DNA of 64,000 bases from Amoebophrya sp. A120 (lineage: Eukaryota; Protista; Dinoflagellata). A model generated the notes under the pieces. The model saw nothing but the letters and a program-made list of their open reading frames with translations. It did not search any database and was not told the origin of the DNA. This document shows, one piece after another, positions 48,801-59,545 of the stretch. The position numbers and the translations under genes are program-made. How positions within the stretch are numbered: position 1 is the first letter of the stretch; the number at the start of each line of letters is the position of its first letter. The DNA lies in assembly GCA_905178155.1 (NCBI GenBank), contig CAJINV010000026.1, positions 340,497-404,496 on the forward strand. The letters are read 5' to 3'.

Positions 48801-51800
48801 ACTGTGTCTGAAGCAGGAACCCGAGCAAGCTGATCCGCAGCGCCGTCATGGCTCAGATTCGACGCTGAAGCGGAATGACCGGGATCGCTAACGCTACTGC
48901 CCGTACTCCCTGTTGCCGGCGGTTCAGTTCCAGCACTGCCCAAATCGATAGTACCTCCAGTGGAGGGCGGTTGTTGAGAATCACCAGCACCTGCTCGCGT
49001 TTCAGTTCGCGAAGATAGTTCCCTTTGCTGTTCCTCCATCTGTGGAGCTGAGCTGGCAGCTGCAGGGCTGTTCTCGTCTTGTTGCGCCTGACGAGAAGCT
49101 TCATCAGTCTGCGCACCTTCGTGTTCGCTGCCTCCAGGCGTTTGGCGTGCTGATTGGTTTGCGTCGCTGCTTGTTGTTTCGTGCGCTCCGGGGGCACTTG
49201 CAACATCTGCCCCGGCACCTCCCACAGGAGATGATGACGCACCAGACAGGGCAGCCGATGCTGGGTCAGCGGCAGGTGTTGCTTGACCTGCTTGAGCGTC
49301 CGGGAGGACCGATGCAGCTGTACCTGATGAAGGATTGGCTGCACTCCGTTGAAGAGGAGCTGCCGGCTGAGCCGGCGCCACAGCAGCAGGAACCACCACT
49401 GCTGGCGTACCAGCGGAAGCAACAGCAGGACCCTGTGCAGCGGAAGAGGAGACAGCCGGCCCTGGCGCCGGTCCTGCTGCACCACCAGGGGTCGGAGCTG
49501 CGGGTTTTGGCTTTGGTTTCGCCGGCGCTAGAAACTCCGGGGCGTAAGCGGGTCCTGGGGGTAACAAGGTCGACAGCACTGACGAGGGCGAGCTCTGAGT
49601 AGGAGGAGAAAGCGGTTGGAGGTGCTGCGGAGGTGGAGCTGTTGTGTCTGCGTGCCCACCTCCCTGAGGATCATCGTTGCCGAGGGCTGTTGGTCGGCAG
49701 CTAGGGTTTCCTCCACGTGGATCACCACCGCTACCACCACCTCCATCCCCATTGAAAATTCTTGTCGGGACCAAGATATTCGGCTTATACCCGCCGCCAA
49801 ACGGATTATACGAATCACCGCCCCCAGACCCCAGCTCTGCTTTTTGTTTGTTCCCCTCGCTAACATTGCCCATATGCACCGCCAAGCCAGTAGCGCCAGC
49901 GAGAAGACAAACGCCGACGATGGTGATGATGATGGTCGAAAGGGAAGAGGCCAAAAAAGCGGCACAGGGGCCCGCGGAGGATGTTGACGATGAGGAGGGG
50001 TCCTCTATCAGGGTGTCAAATTTGTCTTGCGAAAGGTCGTCAGCATTTCCACGTGCAAATAAACTTGGCGTCGTCCGCGTCGTGTCTCTTTGCGCTTCCT
50101 CGTCGAAAGTCAGTGTCGCAGATACCGAGCATGCGGCTTTTTTCCTGGAAGAAGCAAAGTCTCCTCCTGTGTCATCTTCCACAGTCTGCCGCTGCTGACG
50201 TGACAGAGAGGAATTGTCGGCTCTTTCCCTTTCAGGAGGTTCCTGAGCATTTATCTCATCCATCTCCTCCTCAGAGGATGACACCAGCTCTGGCTCGTGC
50301 TCTTCTGGCGGTTCGTTTCCACAATCTCGCTTAGTAGCGTTTTTAAACATTTTCTCCCCTTCGCAAGCCGACTTCCCGTCGGCTTTCTGCATTCGATCCG
50401 CATCGCCGCCGTGATCTTCATCCTGCGCAGCGCCGTCGTCCTGTCGTCGTTTCAAGAGCTCCACTTGTTCCTCACCACCGGTTGTAGTGCCGCCGAGAGC
50501 AGTCGAGCTGTAGGAGTAGCTCTCTTGTTTCGCCAAAAGCGGTAAAAACGCCGTTTGATCTATGTATTCCTCTTCGTAAATGTCCGACAGCCGGCGGCCC
50601 TTCCATTTCGTCGTCTTCCCCTTCATGTCTTCCTCGTTGACCAGATTTTTCGGCGTTTTCAGTAGCAGCTTTTGCTGTCTCTTCTTGGTCGTGGTTCCTC
50701 CACGACCTACATCGCCTGGCGGCAAATTCGCAAAGTCATTCTGAAGATCATCATCTCCCGGCGTCTCCAAATACTTCAGCACCGTCTGCGCGTCCCACCG
50801 CCTTTCCCACCGCCAGCGCAGTGTGACTTGCAGTAATGATACCAGATGGCCGAAGAGCGCCGCGTCTTGCTCTTCCCACCTGCGGGATCTCGAATACAGA
50901 ATCCGCACCCGGGAATCCGCCACGGCGAACTGCGCCCGCATCCCGCAGCCCTCTAAATGCTCGTACGGCGTATCAAATGTAAAAATGTCTGGGTCTGGAA
51001 GATTGCCAGGTTTGTCAGGCACATTTTGCATGACTCCTGATGTCTGTAATGCAAGCCCTAGCATCACAGATTTTGTGAGGGCTTCCTGATGCCTATACCG
51101 AATGACAAATGCTCTTTCCGTGTAGCAAAACTTGGACTCTCTTATTTGCTGCTCATGCAATACAGATTTTTTTAGAATCCAAAATCAGCATGACAAGTTG
51201 GATTCTTCCAGACCCAGACATTTTTACAGTTGATACGGCGCACGCCCGTACAGCAATTGGTAGAGGATGATCCCCAGGGCCCAAATATCCTGAGGAAAAA
51301 CGTACCCACACCAGAGTTGTAATGCAGATTTGCAAAGACAGGAAGACTTGTAATGCGCGTCCCCATGAGAGCCATTTCCAGTCGTGTTTTGGATTTTGTG
51401 ATGCTGTGAACAGGATGAGCAGCTGGATTTGTGATGCGGCTGCACTTGCTAACCTGCACTACACTGCAGAGTGCAACTTGTCATGCGTGACTCACAAAAC
51501 TCCTAGGTTTGTGTTGCAAAATCCCCATCCTGACCTTGGTGTGGGTACGTTTTTACTCAGGATACCAAACATCAGCCGCCGGCCGCATCTTCAAACTCGC
51601 CGACCCCTCGTCCGGTTGGTAGAACGCCTCTGGCGGCATGTAGCGGGGCGTGCCGCACTGGCGGTCGCGGGAAACGTGGGTGATCCCCTCATCCTTGTTG
51701 ATCCCCCTCGCGAGGCCGAAGTCAGAGACCTTCACGATGTTGCCCACGATGAGGAAATTCGCGGGCTTGAGGTCAAAGTGGATCAACCCGAGACTGTGGA

Positions 51801-54800
51801 TGGCCGCGACGCCCGCGACCATGTCGCGCCAGAGGTTGCGGATGTCGTAGATGGAAAAGATTTCGTAGTTTCTCCGGAGAAAGGAGTGCAGGTTGGGTAT
51901 CGGAGGGGAAAGGAGGTGCTTTGGTTGTTGACACAGTTCCAATGGAGGGGGTATTTTCATGTCATGCCATCATGTGGCACAAGTACAACACTGGCAGTGA
52001 TGAATTACATGCGCTTGTTGCGGCTGCACGACTCCTACGAGGAAATATGCACAAGCTTCTTGCCGCACGCATCAAGCGCGTCATCCGTATCAGAGAAACT
52101 ATCTCTTTAAAACAAACCAACGCAACCCTCTCCATCCCATACCACAGTCCGCGAATTCCAGCAAAATGTGGATCACCAAATCTTTTGGAAAAAATTTCGC
52201 TTCGCCGATCATCTTCACTACCCGCAACTCCTCCGCATTGTGTTTACCATTCTGGGTAGTTCCGGCATTCGCTGCGCGATTTTTGTCCCGCAAAGCCCGC
52301 AGCCAGTTGACCTCCATGGCGAACGAGCGCATTTGCCTCGCGTCCCGAGCGTAGACGACTTTGAGAGCGTAGCGGGTAACGGATAGCTGAGAAGCTTGCT
52401 CCTTGTTTCGACGGGCACTGCTGCTTGTTCCATTGTGCTGACCACTTCGCGACGCGCCGTCATGGTTGGAGTTATAGGCGCCACGACTTCCCGAGGTGGT
52501 AGTAGTTGATCCTGTATCTCCCACACAGGTTCGCAGATCCACGCACTCGAACACCTCCGCCGACCCGCCCTTCCCGATCCGCTTCACAACTTCGAGCAAT
52601 AAAGTCGGCTTGTTGAAGTCCACGTGATGGTTGTCAACCACCTGTTCGCCCATGCAGATGACCATGCCGGGGCCAACGCGGGCAGTGGCGGTCACAGCGA
52701 TGTTTTTCCGCTGGATAAAGGCAGCCGTGGAGAGTAGGGAGTCGTTTTCTTTGTACGAATATCAACTGCAAAAGTGTCTGGGTCTGGAAGGATGCGAACT
52801 TGTGATGCGGATTCTGGAACAGGTAAAAATCTGTATTGCGTGGTCAGCAAAAGGCACCCGAATTTTGTCTCCAGAAGAGGGCACTTGTCATGCGGAATAG
52901 GCATGGAGAAGCCTCCACAGAGTTTGTCTTGCTCTGTGTGCATTCCAGACCTTTTCGTAGATGTAGAAAATGCATGACAAATGTCTGATTTCTTCCAGAC
53001 CCAGACATTTTTGCAATCCATAACGAAGTCCGGCAGTCCTCATCGTTGAAATACTCCGGTAGGTCGCTCGGTGAATTGAGAAAAGGGGCGTTGTGGCGCC
53101 CGTAGACGGGGATCGTGCTGCAGCCCGCGGAGGGGGGATGTAGATGGTCTTTTTGAGGGGAAAAACCATTCGCCACTTCTGCGTTCGCAGGACACGTCAC
53201 TTCCACATCGGGGAGATCGGCGCTGGGTCCACTAGCATGCTCCCGGAGAAGATCGGTGTCCTTCTGGACGTCTTTGCCATCAGGCACAGGAGAAGTATCG
53301 ACCTTTTCCGCGCAGCGTGGTGATATCGGCGCAGAATCTTCCGGGGCGACTGGCGCGCTGTTGCGGTTGTCGGCCTTGATGTCGTGGCTGCACCCTCCAG
53401 AGCTGGTAGTGTCACGAGGATTTCTGATATGAAAACCGCGACGTCCATAATTCTCCGCTTCAGCTACAGGCTGAGCCTCTTCTTGATTCTGGTGACGCAC
53501 TGACTCCACGTTTCGCTGTAGCTCGTTCTTACCGTTTGATATGCCAACCACAGCAACCTTTGGCAAATCCGCCTGGTAGACGAAGTCTTGCAGTCCTTGA
53601 GGCTGCTGGTCGTTTTGGCCAGCATTTTGGTGTCGCTCCTGCGGTGCGGCGGGCTGTGTGTCATCGTTTTCGCAGTCGGCATTGCTTTCGAAACTGGTTT
53701 CTCTGTTTTCCAGCCGCCGTGTGGCTGTGCGGGAGTTCTTGTGCTTGTTGTCGCGATAGGCATCAGTGAGGCCCGCATGGTCCTCAACATCATGTCTGAC
53801 CCTGGGAGCAGCCACGGAATAAGATCTCTCGGAGGTGGTCTCTCTGTTCGGATTGTAGGACGAAAATTGGTCAAGGTCATCTCGTGTCGCCGCAGGCCGT
53901 ATTTCCACTTGGCCGCGGCCAGGGCGCCGCGCCGGAGGAACTCCACCACCTACATCGCTTCTTATTATCACATCATCCTCAATCGTGCTTGTCGCTGCCG
54001 GTCTCCTGGCGTCGTTGTGCTCCTGGTAGTACGAGCTTCCATAATTACCGGCGGAGGACAGAGTGGTGTTCACTGTGCCGTTATCAAGTGCAAAAATGTC
54101 TGGGTCTGGAAACTTGTGATGCAACTCCGTGAACAGTAAGTGCTCTGTAATTGGTCGCCACGCATGACAACTTTTTTCGTGCTTGTGCGGTGCGTATTTC
54201 GCATGAGAAGCTGCGCTTTTGCATGACAGGCAAGAGGACCTCTTGGTGGCCACGCAATACAGAGTGCAGAGTCATGCCAGACTAGCATGACAATCTTCCA
54301 GACCCATACATTTTTGCATTTCATAACCGTCGTACGACGTCGCGTTTCGTTCACTAGCGCGAGGGTCACGTGGGCCGCCAACCACATCTCGTGCAGCTCG
54401 TTGCCACTCATACGCTGCCTCTTCTCGAATACCTTCTTCCGGCGAATGTCCCACGCCGGCTCCAGCATTTGCGGCCTGTGCATGACAAACTTTCGGCTCG
54501 AAATCGAATGTGCTCGCAGTATGCAACGCCGACGTTGCTTGCGTGGGAACCGGGGCGACGGGTAAAGGGTAGCTGGGTACGTCATGCTCTTCTTGGACGA
54601 AGCGCGCATGGTTATTTTCGAAGCGTCTATTCGTGTTACCCGGCTCTGCTAAGTCGCGGCCGCCATTAGAACTAGCTCCACATGGAGGCTGTATGCCACC
54701 GTGCGGATCTGGATGGTGAGGGTTCAAATTTTTACATTGGTCAGATGGAATCGCGGGTCGTGCGGGATTGTCGTTGAAATGGTGGCTGCGCCGGTCGCTC

Positions 54801-54802
54801 AT
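42886..54802 (-). CDS. Mps1/TTK-like protein kinase fused via a transmembrane helix and low-complexity stalk to two tandem 'SCEDL' domains (C, D)
   Basis: Kinase motifs IGKGGSAEVF, YALK, MEVNWL, HFDLKPANF, DFGLA, GTPRYMPPE and DVW|ALGIILYQLLYGRAP|YEHL are rebuilt by removing 5 introners. The C-lobe, TM (~49870-49950) and first SCEDL motif lie in one stop-free ORF (50965-47894). Later exons fall at ~47530, ~46900, 46466-45120, ~44300 and ~43660-42886. The start codon is uncertain. Confidence 0.75.
50971..54325. mobile_element. Five introners in the kinase region (50971-51235, 51286-51564, 51898-52141, 52760-53022, 54082-54325)
   Basis: Direct repeats cggcg, ccaaa, one decayed pair, acgaa and gccgt/accgt; removal +5 nt restores conserved kinase subdomains. 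Confidence 0.93.
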
Positions 54803-55903
54803 AGGGTACAGGTCCAGGTTGCGCCACAGTCTGAGGGAACGCCAGTCACTGGCTTTTAGGCAAAAATACAGGGGTGTTGCTCCGTTTGTCGATGTCGATA
54901 TCCTTGGGCGGGTGTTGCTCCATGAACTTATTGTACAACTTTTACTCGAATAAACAAATAGTCTTTATCAACCCTTTTCGGCGGATGAGGTACTACAACT
55001 GCTGCATGCGCAAAAATCCGATCCTCGTGAAGAGGACTGCTCGTCCCGAATGCGTCTTTCAGCCTGTTCTTGCGCCCTTCGGATCTTCTCCACCCGCGAC
55101 TACGAGATTGTAAAAACGCCTTCAGATGAGCAACAAGCTTGTGCTCCGTGCGGGTTTGGCGTTGGCGTCTCCTCGAATTGAAGGTAGATACAGCTGCTCC
55201 ATGCGACGTGTCCGTGGGTTCAATTGTACAAATAAACTCCTTTCTAAAGATGAAAAGTCGCAGAGTTTTTATCTATAAATTTGCGTGCTGCTGAAACTGA
55301 AACCGGTGGGGTGAATGCTGAGTGTCTTACAAAATTTTTGCTGCTCGTCCGGCATCTACTTTTATCATATCAGGAAAAATGAAACGGTTGAGAGTGAAAG
55401 CGGTTCTTTTTCTCTAGATTCATGACCCGTATATCGATAATTAAAACAATGTTGAGAGACCACAAAAGAGCTTCCAAGTTGTGCTAGTCATCATACACTA
55501 AACTCCAGAAACATTGCCGGCTGGCAAAAGCAGTCATCTCTTGGAGGAATAGAATTATCTAGGGCTATGTCTACGTACTGAAACAGTGGTCGCCAATATA
55601 CCGCAACCACAACTGCCCGTGCCTGAAGCGATGTTGTAAATAAAACGATTTTTTTTATTAACACGCTGAGACGATGCCACGACGACGAGAGGCGATCCGA
55701 CAGAACGACTAAATACGATTAGATTTATTTCCATAAAGCGATTTTAATTTCAGGTTGCGAGAAGAAGCACATGATTTTCACAAGCAAGATCAGTTCTGGC
55801 GATGAGAACTCAAAAAGGGTTTTCGATTTTGACTTTTGCGAATTAGAGTTCATCTTGAGAGCCTCGCACTACTAGTGCCATTTCTGCATGTCAAGGTGTG
55901 TAA

Positions 55904-57249
55904 GAGCGAGGTAACAAAATAAAACAAGAGGGCCTCGGGGGACCTCTTGTCCGCCCGGCCGGGTGGACAAGAGGTCCCCCCCTTTCGCTGCCGGAGCGGC
56001 TGGCTCGCAGAAGTCCCCCCCCGCGTCGACGCGTCGGCTCCCAGCGCCGCCGTCGTCGTCCGCCGCTCGCTGGGTGGCGGCTATATGCTTTCCACAAGTG
56101 TATATGGGTACCGCGGTAGTATTTATACAAAATTTACAAACTTGCATAATGCTCGCGCTGTAGTGCGAATTTGTAATGCTGATTTGCTCACTGCGAATTT
56201 GTAATGCTAAAGTGCTGACTATTTGATGCTTTGACATGACATGATAATGCTGATTTGCGAATTTGTAATGCTCTAAAATGCTGATAAATACTACAATCTA
56301 GTGCAGTGGTTTTGGTTGGTGTTGGTTGCGACTTGTGTTGGTTGCGACTTAAGCCGTTGGATTGGATTGGTTGCGACTTAAACCAGACTCGCAACCCGGA
56401 GGGCAAGTCGTAACCTACCGCTGTAGAAGAGGCGCCGCCTCTATCTCTGAAGAAGCCGATGGACATCCAGCAGGTTATTGGAGTAGACCACCCGCTTCTG
56501 TCTCTGTCCAAATACGGGGCCCCGTAATAACAAGCATGGGGGGACAGACGGCAGCACACTGCTGCTGTCGAGGGTGGGCGAGTCTCAGCTGGTGCGTAGA
56601 GATCCGGCATCGCGCTTCGTGGTGGTTTATTCATTTCTGTCCTTTGTATTCTCGTACTGCTTCCAGAAACAGGAGCGCACTCTCCTTCTCCTGAGTGCCA
56701 CACGCAAAAGCCTTGCGCTTAGACTTCTCGAATCACGACGGCACGGCGTGCCCTCATCGAGTCTGGTTTAAGTCGCAACCAATCCAATCCAATCCAACCA
56801 ACCAACACCAACCAACCAAAATGCACTAAGTCGCAACCAACACCAACCAACCAAAACCACTGCACTAGTTTGTATAATCAGCATTTTAGCATTACAAATT
56901 CGCGCAAATCAGCATTACTCTCTATCATGTCATGTCAAAGCATCAAATCAGCACTTTAGCATTACAAATTCGCAGTGAGCATTACAAATTCGCATTACTA
57001 ATAAATGCGCGCAATTTTATTTTTGTATAAATACTACCGCGGTACTTATATACACTTGCGGAAGGCATATAGTCGGCACCCAGCGAGCGGCGGACGACGA
57101 CGGCGGCGGTGGGAGCCGACGCGGCGACGCGGGGGGGGACTTCTGCGAGCCAGCCGCTCCGGCAGCGAAAGGGTGGGACCTCTTGTCCACCCGGCCGGGC
57201 GGACAAGAGGTCCCCCGAGGCCCTCTTGTTTTATTTTGTTACCTCGCTC
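55904..57249. mobile_element. Non-autonomous foldback/MITE-like DNA transposon with ~490-bp inverted arms and TAA TSD (PIF/Harbinger-like)
   Basis: gagcgaggtaacaaaataaaacaagagggcc... at 55904 is mirrored to ...gttacctcgctc at 57249; taa at 55901-55903 and 57250-57252; ~370-bp unique centre with no transposase. Confidence 0.85.
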
Positions 57250-57371
57250 TAATTTCTATAAACTGCCAGCCGGAGATGCACTATGTTGGAAATGGATCAC
57301 GGTGATGAACTATGTTGGAAATGGATTGTATATGCGTATTGTATTTTTATCTTTTGTTCAGTTTTTTTCTG

Positions 57372-59545
57372 CAAATTAGTCGTGCCATGAGGCAAATGCC
57401 CAACAACTGCGGAGGGGTAGCGGAGGGCGTAGACGGCACATGCAGAATCGCAGTGCCGTCCTGGTAGCAGAAGTGTAATGATAGATGGCATCTGCTTTCA
57501 AAAAGTAAGCACTTTGCACTTTTAGTACTATCCGCAGCTAATTCTTGGTCTAATCGACTGCAACTTGCCCTCCGCCCCCCCTCCGCTAGGTGAGTGTCAA
57601 GATGTGATACCATGCTGAAAAGCTTTTTATGCGTTTTTGATTTTGTTTCTCGCTTTTTTTGTCGGTTTCGCAAACTTTTAAAATTCACCATGCTATGAGG
57701 CAAATGCCCAACAACCGCGGAGGGGTAGCGGAGAGTGTAAACGGCACATGCAGAATCGCAGTGCCGTCGGGGTAACAGAAGTTCAATAATAAATGCCATC
57801 TGTTGTCAAAAAGTAATCGCTTTACACTTTTCATACTATCCGGAGCTAATTCTGGGTGTAATCGACTGCAACATGCCCTCCGCCACCCCTCCGCTAGGCG
57901 AGTGTCAAGAGGTGATACCATGCTGACAAGCTTTCTATTCGTTTTTACTGTTGTCTTCCGCTTTTTTTGTCGGTTTTGCAAGTTTTCAAAATTCAGCATG
58001 CTATGAGGAACATGCCCAGCAACTGCGGAGGGGTAGCGGAGGGTGTAGACGGCACATGCAGAATCGCAGTGCCGTCCTGGTAACAGAAGTTTAATAATAA
58101 CTGCCATCTGTTGTCAAAAAGTAAGCACTTTACACTTTTCATACTATCCGCAGCCAATTCTGGGTCTAATCGACTGCAACTTGCCCTCCGCCACCCCTCC
58201 GCTAGGCGAGTGTCAAGAGGTGATACCATGCTGAAAAGCTTTTTATTCGTTTTTTCTTTTGTTTTTCGCTTTTTTTGCCGATTTTGCAAGTTTTCGAAAC
58301 TCATCATGCTATGAGGAACATTCCCAGCAACTGCGGAGGGGTAGCGGAGGGTGTAGACGGCGGATGCAGAATCGCAGTGCCGTCCTGGTAAGAGAAGTTC
58401 AATAATAAATGCCATCTGTTGTCAAAAAGTAAGCACTTTACACTTTTCATACTATCCGCAGCTAATTCTGGGTCTAATCGACTGCAACATGCCCTCCGCC
58501 ACCCCTCCGCTAGGCGAGTTTCAAGAGGTGTTACCATCCTGGAAAGCTTTTTGTGCGTTTTCACTTTTGTTTTTCGCTTTTTTTGTCGATTTTGCAAGTT
58601 TTCAAAATTCAGCATGCTACCAGGAACATGCCCAACAACTGCGGAGGGATAGCGGAGGGTGTAGACGGCACATGCAGAAGAGCAGTGCCATCCTGGTAGC
58701 AGAAGTGTAATAATAAATTGCATCTGCTTTCAAAAAGTAAGCACTTTGCACTTTTAGTACTATCCGCAGCTAGATCTGGGTATAATTGACTGCGACTTGC
58801 CCTCCGCCACCCCTCCGCTAGGCGAGTGCCAAGAGGTGTTACCATGCTGAAAAGCTTTTTATGCGTTTTCACTTTTGTTTTTCGCTTCTTTTGTCGGTTT
58901 TGCAAGTTTTCAAAATTCAGCATGCTATGAGGAACATGCCCAGCAACTGCGGAGGGGTAGCGGAGGGTGTAGACGGCACATGCAGAAGCGCAGTGCCGTC
59001 CTGGTAGCAGAAGTGTAATAATAAATGGCATCTGCTTTCAAAAAGTAAGCACTTTGCACTTTTAGTACTATCCCCAGCTAATTCTGGGTATAATCGACTG
59101 CAACTTGCCCTCCGCCCCCCCTCCGCTAGGCGAGTGTCAAGAGGTGTCACCATGCTGAAAAGCTTTTTATGCGTTTTCACTTTTGTTTTTCGCTTTTTTT
59201 GTCGGTTTTGCAAGTTTTCAAAATTCAGCATGCTATGAGGAACATGCCCAGCAACTGCGGAGGGGTAGCGGAGGGTGTAGACGGCACATGCAGAAGCGCA
59301 GTGCCGTCCTGGTAGCAGAAGTGTAATAATAAATGGCATCTGCTTTCAAAAAGTAAGCACTTTGCACTTTTAGTACTATCCGCAGCTAAATCTGGGTATA
59401 ATCGACTGCAACTTGCCCTCCGCCCCCCCTCCGCTAGCCGAGTGTCAAGACGTGACACAATGCTGAAAAGCTTTTTATGCGTTTTTGCTTTTGTTTCTCG
59501 TTTTTTTTTGTCGGTTTCGCAAACTTTTAAACTTCAGCATGCTAT
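57372..59545. repeat. Tandem satellite, 308-bp unit, 7 copies
   Basis: atgagg(c/a)a..tgccca.caactgcggaggggtagcgg at 57387, 57695 and onward with period 308; ORF ends at 57685, 57993, 58609, 58917 and 59225. Confidence 0.95.

Noticed and set aside
47894-51160. ORF-track start MHEQQIRESKF for the 1088-aa ORF, and similar starts at 14775, 15394 and 54253
   Set aside because: These N-termini lie inside introners; the true exons begin after the element
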